A DNA stretch of 64,000 nucleotides. Origin: a virus. Shown piece by piece: positions 1 through 8,398 of the stretch (positions are counted from its first letter, which is position 1; every line of letters begins with the position of its first letter). The translations under genes and the position numbers were made by a program. The notes under the pieces were generated by a model. That model saw nothing but the letters and a program-made list of their open reading frames with translations, ran no database searches and was not told where the DNA came from. The stretch is taken from the IMG/VR virus record IMGVR_UViG_3300045988_117450, positions 28,684 to 92,683 of that record, one strand, 5' to 3'.

Positions 1-182
1 ATAACATTCACCAGAAGTGTCCTCAGTATTTCTTTGTAAAATACGTGAAGGAAGCTGTTCAGGAGCGTCTTGATCAGATGAGGGATCCGTACATGAGAGG
101 GATGGATATTACGCCCAACAATAACGATAAGTTTAGTAAGTTGAACGATTTTTTGCAAAAGCTTTATGGCAACAGACAGTAA
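1..182 (+). CDS. 3' end of an upstream gene (partial; stop TAA at 180-182)
   Basis: Open frame from the window edge (codons start at nt 3) ending ...LNDFLQKLYGNRQ*; overlaps the ATG of the next gene. Confidence 0.5.
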   Translation, partial: NIHQKCPQYFFVKYVKEAVQERLDQMRDPYMRGMDITPNNNDKFSKLNDFLQKLYGNRQ

Positions 183-3100
183 TGTAAATAGATATAATCC
201 TGCTGCTAAAACCACTTACGAAGATGTGGCAAGGCAAAGGAAATTAGCCGAAGAAGAAAATTACACTCCGGCTACATTACCAGAGACGACAACGCCTCTG
301 GTTCCTAATTATATGCCGGGAGAGGGCGTGTATGCTCAACCTGAATTTCCAGATTATGCATCAAGGATAGCTGCTGCCGAATACGAAGAACCGTATATAG
401 CCAAGGAGATAAGCAACAGCTATTCGGAGGCACTGGCTCGTAACAGCTACAGGGGGGCTACACCTGCCCCGCCGCCTCTTAATCCCTATGGACCGAAGGT
501 AAGTATCCGTGAAAGTCATCAGATGGGTAATGATGGGGTATGGCGCACAAAATATCCCAATTATATCCCAGGTATAAATAATGAGGATTATTATGCCAGA
601 AGGCAAAGTGGTTGGAGTAAGTTTTGGAATGGTGTAGGTAAATTTGCCTTAAAGTCTGCATTGTATGGGGCCCAGGGAACTATATCATTACCCGACAAGC
701 TTATTAATATGGCATCTGAGGGAAGTTATAAGGCAGCTTTGAATACGAACATGGATAAGTTTGTTGGTGATCTTGATCAGCGAATAGACATGCTTCTTCC
801 ACATTATTACAAGAAAGAAGTAGAAGATTACAATTTTGGTCAGAAGCTTTTTAAGGATACTGGTAATTTTTTATGGAATGACGTCCTTGGCAACGGAATG
901 TCTTTTACCGTAGGAGCCATGATATCAGCATACATGACCGGAGGACTGGGAGTTGGTTCATTAGGTAACATAGGCGCAAAATTAGGTGGAAGAGTCGGAG
1001 CTAAGCTGGCAGCAAGACAAGCTGCCAATAGAGGTATAGGAAGTCTCAAAAGTGTGTTTAACGACTATGTAAGGAAAGGAGTTGCTACCGGGAGGAATGT
1101 AGGAGAGGCTGCTAAGACCATGACGTTGTTGGCTACCAGTGCCGGCTTTGAGTCATCGGTTGAAGCAAATTCTTTTATGAAACAATCCGAATCCGACTTC
1201 AAGGATTATTATCGTAAAATTTATGGTCGTGATCCTAATGCTGAGGAAATGGCTGTTTTTCGTAATTCTAATGCTGATGTAGGTAGTGCGATATTTGCAG
1301 CTAATATGGGTATAGTAGGATTGTCCAACTGGCTCTTGTTTGGTAAATACATAGGATTAGGAGGAAAGGCTATACCAGGACTGGAAAAGAAACTTAATAA
1401 GCATCTATTTGGATTAGGGACGGAAGTTACAAAGCCAGGAGAGATGGCTATTAAGATAACCAACCCTAACATAGGACAGAAGATAGCTGGTAATGTTTTC
1501 AATATCATGAAAAGACCGGTGTCTGAAGGCTTATGGGAAGAAGGGTCTCAAGGTGCTGTCCAGAACACGGCTGAAGAATATGTTAAGTCAAGATATGACA
1601 ATGTGGCTATGAATGGAGCCGTCGATGTTCTTGATGCTATTTCTGACGGATTTAAAAAACAATATACGTCTAAAGAAGGATGGACTGAAATAGGAATCGG
1701 TGCTATTATCGGTTCTTTATTCGGCATGAGAGAAGGCTTCTTTGGGGTAAAAGAGTATAGTAATAGTCAGATATTACTGGAGAGGCAGGTGGATGAATAC
1801 AACAAAGCATCTTCTAATCTTAATACGGCGGCTTTGAATACGTTGAAGAAGTCAATGAGTTTAGGTCCGCAAGTTCGTTCTGATGTTCAGTCTATGACCG
1901 GTAAGGAACTTGATGATGCTATGTTTGAAAAGATGTCTATTGATAATCAAATGGGGACCTTAGAGGATTCGGCTGAGAATTTCAGGCAGATGGTTGATAT
2001 GATGCCTATTTCAGAAATAGCTGAAGCTAATGGGATGTCTTTAGAAGAGGCAAAGAAGTACAAGGACTCTATTATTGATAATTATAATAATCGTCTTTCT
2101 GATTTCAGATCTGCTCAGAGTTTTGCTGAAGATCTTATAGGTGATGACTCTAAGATTGAATTTAGGAAATACGTGGCTCGTAATGCCTTCCTTGGTCTTC
2201 AATCAGAATCAAGGATGAAAGACATAGCTTCTGTCATAGAAACGCTTTCGGGACAGCCTCGCGTGGCAGATGCGCTAAGTACGTTCTCCCGGCTGTCGGA
2301 CAGAGCGAGGGAGCGGGCGATGGCTATCCGTGGCATACGATCAAGGATAGAAGAACTTGAATCCGAAATAGAAGATCTTGCCACCCGTCCTCGTAACGTA
2401 GATGGAAAAGACCCACAAGCTGAATCTATACAACGAAAAACCAAAGAATTGGAAGATCTTAGAACCAATTACAATAATTCGTTGTCTGAGTTATCAACGT
2501 TAATAGGAAAAGAGTTTTCGATAGAAGAGTTGGTAAGTAAAACCGAATCTGTTTTATCATCACCTCTTTCTCCTATAAGCTCACAAGATGTAATAGAGGC
2601 TTATGATACGCTCGTGGCTTTTGATGATTATTTCAATGTAAAATCAAGACAAGAAAAGGAGTTTACAGCTAAAGATAAAGCCATGAGATCCTTGGTAAAT
2701 GAATACCGTAGGAGTTTGATAGACTATAGGAATATGAATAACTTCTTGTCTAAGATGCTTGATAAAAGATTCTTAGCCGAGGAAAACAGAGGATTTTTAA
2801 AAGCGTTGTCTTCTTTATGGTCTACTCCTTATAAGGAGGATGACAAGGTTCCTGATTTTGCAGAGCCTAATAAAGTTGGTGAATATGATACTGACGAGGT
2901 GGTAGATCAGGCTATGTCAGAAGGTAAGATTTCGGAAGACGAAGCTTGGACTATCAAGGCATTTATGCACGCACTTGATAAAGTAAGAGAAGATAGGGTG
3001 AAGGAAGCGGAAGATAATATAAAAGAGTCGCCGCTTACGGAATCTGTATCGGATGAAGATTATGAAGCTGCTATGGATAACCCTATTATGGTTCCAGTCG

Positions 3101-6100
3101 TGAGGCAGTCTATAATTGATAAATTATATACAGGAAATGCTGATCTTCTTACTGCAAGGGAAAAAGATGTGTATGATAAACACAAACAAGATTTTGATGA
3201 TTATGTGTCGTCTTTAGGTGACAGTCCTATTAATCTCATAAAATCATTATCCGAAAGGGCTGATAGGCTTACAAGTCCAAGATCTGTGTATGAGGAAAAC
3301 AAGACCGTTATTGATATGGCTAAATCAAATTTGGAACCAGATCAAAGACAGGAACTTGATGATGCTATTTCTTCGTATGTGGATATAATGAACAGACGGG
3401 ACAAAGGGGAGAAAGTTGACGAAGATAAGCTTGCCGATTCGGTATTTACCATAGAAGATCTTGGCCAGGTTGGAAACATCACGGATCTTCTTCCTTATAT
3501 CGAACAAAACAGGATTATTGATAAAGGTCGTATCTCTGAATCTACGTTGAGTAATTTTGGGGAAGATGATGTTAATATAGATTCTCTTGTAAATGAATTA
3601 GACGAATCCGATAATACGCCGGGAGCCAACATAGATAGTGCCCAGAATCCAGAGACGTTGATGGTAAGAATAATATCCAATGATGGCAATGAAAGGTATG
3701 AAATTGCAGGTCTTAGAGCTGACAAATTTGTATCTTCGATAAAATCATTGGTTCCTATTCAAATAAGTTCTGAAACGAACGCTAATGGCACTAAAAGGTA
3801 TTCCCTTAACATAGGTGGAGAAACAGCTAATATAATGGAATTGCCTTATCATGCAAGATGGTCTATAGACAAAGAATCGGCTCGTGTTCTTAACCGTTAC
3901 ACAGATGTGTCTATTCAGGACGTGGGTAATTCATATTCTTTGGTTTATAAGCGTCTTGATTCAGACGAATTGGTTCCGTACAGAACAGGTGTTGGATTCG
4001 GAGAGAATGAAGTAGATAAAATAGATCAGGAAGCATTATCTTCTTTGAAGAAAGGAGATAAGGTTAATCTTGAGATAGATGTCAATGATACTTATAATCA
4101 GTCTCTTTTTACCGAATATGATAACGCTGTTCAGTCCGGAGATAGAAATAAAATAGAATCTGCCGAAAATAAGTTGGTATCCAATATGGTTATCAAGGTC
4201 ATGAGTGGAAACAGATTCGTTTCTGTTGTAAAAGCTGACACGGGTGGCATAGATGGTATAAGTAAAATAAGGAGAACGGCCTTTAATAAGTGGAAGAAGG
4301 ATGCTGGTCGGTCGGCCACCATCAACGTCGGCACACATGTTGTTGCCCAGACCCTTCCCGGAAGACCGGTGTTTAACATGAGAGTAAATGGACAAGGATA
4401 TGGACAAGTAGAGAATCTTCCTATTACCGAAAAAGGAGCTGAAAAAGTATCTGATGTGGGGTATGTCTTAAATGGCAAAGTCGTGCTTAAGAACGGTTCT
4501 AAATACACAGGATTCCCATTTGCTTATTCTATATTAAACGATAAGAAAAACAATTACAAAAATGTAAGAGTTCCGGTAGTTGTCATCAAAGGCAAAAACG
4601 GTCTTAATTATCTTTTCCCGGTTAGTCTACGTTCTGTGGAATCAGAGGAAGGAAAGAAATGGATTTCTTTTATAGATATGCTGCTTGAATCCGGTGACTC
4701 TGAATTGTTACAGATGGGTCAAGATGACATACAAGATCTTAATGCGTATCTAACCAAGTTAGGTCTTGATCCAGCTTCGTATCAAGTATCGTATTTGAAT
4801 CCTATTTCAGGGCTTAGAAAAGCTCGTGAGGCTATAGAAAAATTATCTATGGTTCCTGATGTTGTTAAGTGGGTAGAAGATGAAAGTAGGAGTGTGAAAG
4901 ACATTGTGACGTCTGAGGTAGAATCTGGAATAGATTTCGAAGGTGAGATGTTTGTTGCTCCTAAGATCAGGATTCAGTTTGGTAAATCATCTTCCGGACC
5001 TAAATCACTTATAGAAGATGATCTCCCTTTCTCCGATGAGGGTAAGACCGTTACTTCCAAGGAAGATGTGGATATTTACGAAGAGGAAATGCCAGAGGAA
5101 GACCCTGTCCGGGGGACTCGGCCGGCGCCACCAGCTCAGCCGGCTCCTGCGGCACAAGCTGCGCAGTCTTTACCTGGCAAGAAGCGTACCTCCAGGAAAA
5201 ACTTCTCTCTTATGTTAAACGAAATAGAATCTCATATAGAAAAAGAAGGATTGCCGCCTTATGCTAATATTTTTGATTTTATAGCAAGGAAGATTGTAGG
5301 AGGCGATTTGAGGTTTCTTCGTGAGAGAGGTAATCCAAAAAGTCTTAAGGAGGAAATGGGATTAGAACCTAAAGGAACAGTAGGTGATAAAATATCCACT
5401 CCTTCTAAAAAGGGAGGTAAGACCTTAGAAGAATATGTTTCTTGGCTTCGTTCTCAAACGGATCAGGTAGTAGCGGATTATGTTGGTCCAAGATCTGACG
5501 AACAAATTATATCAGAGTTGAAAAACTTTTTGAAATATATTAATTTTGTTCCAAGCAAGGCTTTGAATTATTCTCTTAGAGTCAATGGCATGGATACCCT
5601 AAAAGAATATGGCACAAAAGAGGAAGTAGAAAAAATGGAATCTGACATCAATAGTTTGGTTTCTGAAGTTTTGTCTACGGTGGATAACCAAACTGTAGAA
5701 GATGTTTCTACTGCAATAGAATCAAACAACTTGCCTGCCATATGGGGGCCCGTGGAAAGTCTTGATATGACAAACGAGGAAAAAATAGAGTTTTTGAATA
5801 ACGTAGCAGATTTCCTTAGTGGCATTCCAGAGTATGATGCTGTTGTGGAGTCTATAGAGTCAGAATCAGATAATATTTTAAATGATGGGAAAGAAGGAAG
5901 TGCAGAAGGCGGTGCAGTACGCACTGAGGAAGATGGCGATAAAAAGGGAGATGGAAAAAGCGAAGGACAACCCAGAGATGATGGCAAAGCTGAGGGAGAT
6001 GTCTATTTACCTGGATCTGAAGAAGGAAGAGTAGATAACTATAGGAAGAACGGAGATAAGTTCTCTGATATTGCCGAAGTTACTTTATGGTTACTTAGAA

Positions 6101-6810
6101 GGGCTGCCGGCATAACCTCTATTCAAGAAGGAGATGAGATTTATGTAGAAGGAGATGAGGTTAATAATATCATGACTGATATGGAATCCAGATATGGGAT
6201 AGATACTATTGCCCATAATCATACAGTTAAAGCTATAAGGAGCCTCAATAACGTGTCGGGATATAAGGTGGAATACGGTTTAACCTTTATGACTTACAAT
6301 CCTTTTATTAGAATATCCAATCCAAAGCAAGAGTCTAAGGCTGTAAAAGATAAACCTTATATAGCCGAAGAAGTGTTTCCTCCGATATCAAGGGTAACAT
6401 CTCCTTATTTCTTGTATGGCGGTAACGAAGCATATACATCTGTTCCGGCTAAGGTAGAATCTATACCAGAGAAGATAATAGCTCGTAATGGCATTAAATT
6501 TGGCATGAGTGTAACTGAGCTAACCAAATTAGGATACAAAAAAGCTGGTGGAAACTGGATATACAAATTCTACATGAACTCAGGTTTGTATGATTTGTAC
6601 AACATCAACACCGGTGAGGCGTTCAGGGCTAAACCCGATCTTGGAGTTAAAATAAGTTCCAGTGAATTTATACGTTCCTTATTACAATCTGGAAGAGAAA
6701 TACAGAACATGATAAGAAACATGAGTCAGGAAGAGATAGACAGGAATAAGAATCTTGTAAAAAATTCTGATAATTCAGATTCTATAAATGAGTTAAATAA
6801 GGAGTGTTGA
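166..6810 (+). CDS. giant hypothetical protein (2214 aa); probable virion, tail or ejected protein, function unknown
   Basis: 6.6-kb ATG-initiated ORF. Gly-zipper/TM-like segment around residues 235-300, long coiled-coil stretches, acidic low-complexity region (EEDGDKKGDGKSEG). Carries in-frame GC-rich islands (2251-2335, 4300-4372, 5101-5200). No recognisable catalytic motif (no DxDGD). Confidence 0.6.
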   Translation: MATDSNVNRYNPAAKTTYEDVARQRKLAEEENYTPATLPETTTPLVPNYMPGEGVYAQPEFPDYASRIAAAEYEEPYIAKEISNSYSEALARNSYRGATPAPPPLNPYGPKVSIRESHQMGNDGVWRTKYPNYIPGINNEDYYARRQSGWSKFWNGVGKFALKSALYGAQGTISLPDKLINMASEGSYKAALNTNMDKFVGDLDQRIDMLLPHYYKKEVEDYNFGQKLFKDTGNFLWNDVLGNGMSFTVGAMISAYMTGGLGVGSLGNIGAKLGGRVGAKLAARQAANRGIGSLKSVFNDYVRKGVATGRNVGEAAKTMTLLATSAGFESSVEANSFMKQSESDFKDYYRKIYGRDPNAEEMAVFRNSNADVGSAIFAANMGIVGLSNWLLFGKYIGLGGKAIPGLEKKLNKHLFGLGTEVTKPGEMAIKITNPNIGQKIAGNVFNIMKRPVSEGLWEEGSQGAVQNTAEEYVKSRYDNVAMNGAVDVLDAISDGFKKQYTSKEGWTEIGIGAIIGSLFGMREGFFGVKEYSNSQILLERQVDEYNKASSNLNTAALNTLKKSMSLGPQVRSDVQSMTGKELDDAMFEKMSIDNQMGTLEDSAENFRQMVDMMPISEIAEANGMSLEEAKKYKDSIIDNYNNRLSDFRSAQSFAEDLIGDDSKIEFRKYVARNAFLGLQSESRMKDIASVIETLSGQPRVADALSTFSRLSDRARERAMAIRGIRSRIEELESEIEDLATRPRNVDGKDPQAESIQRKTKELEDLRTNYNNSLSELSTLIGKEFSIEELVSKTESVLSSPLSPISSQDVIEAYDTLVAFDDYFNVKSRQEKEFTAKDKAMRSLVNEYRRSLIDYRNMNNFLSKMLDKRFLAEENRGFLKALSSLWSTPYKEDDKVPDFAEPNKVGEYDTDEVVDQAMSEGKISEDEAWTIKAFMHALDKVREDRVKEAEDNIKESPLTESVSDEDYEAAMDNPIMVPVVRQSIIDKLYTGNADLLTAREKDVYDKHKQDFDDYVSSLGDSPINLIKSLSERADRLTSPRSVYEENKTVIDMAKSNLEPDQRQELDDAISSYVDIMNRRDKGEKVDEDKLADSVFTIEDLGQVGNITDLLPYIEQNRIIDKGRISESTLSNFGEDDVNIDSLVNELDESDNTPGANIDSAQNPETLMVRIISNDGNERYEIAGLRADKFVSSIKSLVPIQISSETNANGTKRYSLNIGGETANIMELPYHARWSIDKESARVLNRYTDVSIQDVGNSYSLVYKRLDSDELVPYRTGVGFGENEVDKIDQEALSSLKKGDKVNLEIDVNDTYNQSLFTEYDNAVQSGDRNKIESAENKLVSNMVIKVMSGNRFVSVVKADTGGIDGISKIRRTAFNKWKKDAGRSATINVGTHVVAQTLPGRPVFNMRVNGQGYGQVENLPITEKGAEKVSDVGYVLNGKVVLKNGSKYTGFPFAYSILNDKKNNYKNVRVPVVVIKGKNGLNYLFPVSLRSVESEEGKKWISFIDMLLESGDSELLQMGQDDIQDLNAYLTKLGLDPASYQVSYLNPISGLRKAREAIEKLSMVPDVVKWVEDESRSVKDIVTSEVESGIDFEGEMFVAPKIRIQFGKSSSGPKSLIEDDLPFSDEGKTVTSKEDVDIYEEEMPEEDPVRGTRPAPPAQPAPAAQAAQSLPGKKRTSRKNFSLMLNEIESHIEKEGLPPYANIFDFIARKIVGGDLRFLRERGNPKSLKEEMGLEPKGTVGDKISTPSKKGGKTLEEYVSWLRSQTDQVVADYVGPRSDEQIISELKNFLKYINFVPSKALNYSLRVNGMDTLKEYGTKEEVEKMESDINSLVSEVLSTVDNQTVEDVSTAIESNNLPAIWGPVESLDMTNEEKIEFLNNVADFLSGIPEYDAVVESIESESDNILNDGKEGSAEGGAVRTEEDGDKKGDGKSEGQPRDDGKAEGDVYLPGSEEGRVDNYRKNGDKFSDIAEVTLWLLRRAAGITSIQEGDEIYVEGDEVNNIMTDMESRYGIDTIAHNHTVKAIRSLNNVSGYKVEYGLTFMTYNPFIRISNPKQESKAVKDKPYIAEEVFPPISRVTSPYFLYGGNEAYTSVPAKVESIPEKIIARNGIKFGMSVTELTKLGYKKAGGNWIYKFYMNSGLYDLYNINTGEAFRAKPDLGVKISSSEFIRSLLQSGREIQNMIRNMSQEEIDRNKNLVKNSDNSDSINELNKEC

Positions 6811-6812
6811 GT

Positions 6813-7322
6813 ATGAGAAGGAGATACGAAGATACTTCAAGTCTTGTTTCTTACCAGTTGAAGACCAATCAGCAGGGGGATATAGAGGTTTATGTTGATG
6901 ACAGATTTGTTGGAAACGTAAGTGAAGGAGTTTGCAACTGGAGGGATATTGAATACAAGAGCAAGGTTACTATATCTTTGAAGGGAGTAGAGAATAAGGC
7001 TAAAACTTCAAATAAAAGAGTTGGTCCTTATTGTCATATTAATAGCATATTTGGAGGAAATGAATCTTATCATGAAGGTCCAGATAGTAATATTAAAAAG
7101 AGTCCGGTTACTACCTTTATAATGTATTGCTATGACATACTCCCATCGCTAAAGCAAACGGGATTCTTGGATACAAACGCAAGAAACCCCGATATTACTA
7201 TCGTTGGAATTACTCTTACTTTCCAATTCGGAAATGCCCTTCCGAAGTATATTACGGGCTGCAAGAATATCACGGTCGTTGATGGCGCCGCACGACGGGC
7301 ACACCCACGTGCGGTCGCGTAA
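6813..7322 (+). CDS. hypothetical protein whose 3' end is disrupted or replaced by an IS insertion (native portion about 6813-7132)
   Basis: ORF track gives a GTG start at 6804; ATG at 6813 with AAGGAG 9 nt upstream is the likely start. From 7133 the frame runs into antisense of the tnpB 3' end / IS right end. Confidence 0.45.
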   Translation: MRRRYEDTSSLVSYQLKTNQQGDIEVYVDDRFVGNVSEGVCNWRDIEYKSKVTISLKGVENKAKTSNKRVGPYCHINSIFGGNESYHEGPDSNIKKSPVTTFIMYCYDILPSLKQTGFLDTNARNPDITIVGITLTFQFGNALPKYITGCKNITVVDGAARRAHPRAVA

Positions 7323-8370
7323 CGACAGACCTTTATTAATGCAGCCGCATTCACAAGTTTTGGAAGAAGGATACCATTTATCAATCTTATGTACTATCAC
7401 TCCATACTTTGAAGCAACATACGTAAGTTTGTCAATAAAAGAAGAGTGACTAAGATCGGAAACTTTCTTTCCCCACAAACGTTTCATTCCTTCAATGTTT
7501 AGATCTTCAATGAAAATATAATCATATTGTTTGCATAACTGATGTGCTAACTTCCATTGAAAATCTGATCGAAGATCGTTTATTTTACGATACGTTTGTT
7601 GTAGTTCAAACAGTCTCCTTCTTCTATTGTTGGAGTCCTTCTTTGCATTAGAAAGCCGTTTGTTTAGTTTTCTAATCTTGTTTTGATATTGTTTGAAGAA
7701 TAATGGAGACCCAATTTTGCTACCATCACTTTTAGTTAGATAAGTTTTCAGTCCAAAATCCAATCCGATAGATGCACCATCATGTGTCTTTCTATAAGAG
7801 TTTGTAGGATTATGATCTGTAACTATAATCAAACTAAAACGGGAACAGGTTTCTCTAACTATTCTAATTTGTTTAACATTACCTTCGTAGACTCTACTAT
7901 ATGAGAATCTAAATCGTTTCTTTCCTTTGTTAATTGTTAAACAATTCCCATTCAGGGTAAACCCTCCTTGTTTAAAAACAAAAGAGTTAAAACAAGAAGC
8001 TCCCTTAAACTTAGGTGGTCTCTTTGATTTTCTTTTAAAGAAACGGTTATAAGATTCATCAAGACGTTCAAGTATTTCTTGTGTTGTTTGAGAATGAAGA
8101 AGATTTCTTTTAATTCTTTTGGTAAAATGTTTCTTCATTTTACCAACTGAGATATATTTTCCAAACAGTTTGTAATACCTACGTTGTAGGGCTAAAGCAT
8201 GATTCCACACAAAACAACATTCGCGAAGTATCTTGTCAAGATACTTCGTTTTCTTTGAATGATAAATGTTGTATTTGTATGAAATCATTTTTTTTATCTG
8301 TAATTTTGATTCAAAATTAATCAAACCAATTCATCCACTTACTAAAGCATGGTGGTTTTGTTGGTTAAAT
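7133..8370 (-). mobile_element. IS200/IS605-family tnpB-only element, copy 1 (full length, about 1238 bp)
   Basis: Ends defined by comparison with the second copy at 33611-34176: identity starts at ATTTAACCAACAAAACCACCAT (left end, revcomp of 8349-8370) and stops at GGGAGTATGTCA (right end, 7133-7144). Both copies have TTATGAT adjacent to the left end. No tnpA. Confidence 0.75.
7149..8324 (-). CDS. tnpB: TnpB / IS605 OrfB-family RuvC-like RNA-guided endonuclease (likely true start ATG 8288, 379 aa)
   Basis: RuvC-I GLDFGLKTYLTKSDG, RuvC-II IFIEDLNIEGMKR, zinc finger CECGCIN...CPSCGAIN, RuvC-III DRDILAARNI. TAatTTTG -7 box inside the left end at 8312-8319 (minus strand). Confidence 0.85.
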   Translation of the reverse strand: MINFESKLQIKKMISYKYNIYHSKKTKYLDKILRECCFVWNHALALQRRYYKLFGKYISVGKMKKHFTKRIKRNLLHSQTTQEILERLDESYNRFFKRKSKRPPKFKGASCFNSFVFKQGGFTLNGNCLTINKGKKRFRFSYSRVYEGNVKQIRIVRETCSRFSLIIVTDHNPTNSYRKTHDGASIGLDFGLKTYLTKSDGSKIGSPLFFKQYQNKIRKLNKRLSNAKKDSNNRRRRLFELQQTYRKINDLRSDFQWKLAHQLCKQYDYIFIEDLNIEGMKRLWGKKVSDLSHSSFIDKLTYVASKYGVIVHKIDKWYPSSKTCECGCINKGLSLRDRTWVCPSCGAINDRDILAARNILRKGISELESKSNSNDSNIGVSCVCIQESRLL

Positions 8371-8398
8371 TATCATAATTTCTATTTTTATAATATCT

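Noticed and set aside
7130-7384. 84-aa minus-strand ORF overlapping tnpB in another frame (and its counterpart 33925..34197)
   Set aside because: Alternative-frame overlap of the well-supported tnpB ORF; duplicated by IS copy number rather than conservation.
7204-7449. 81-aa ORF antisense to the tnpB 3' end, identical in both IS copies (also 33860..34093)
   Set aside because: Lies entirely antisense inside the tnpB coding region. It is conserved only because the IS is duplicated, and has no start or RBS context.
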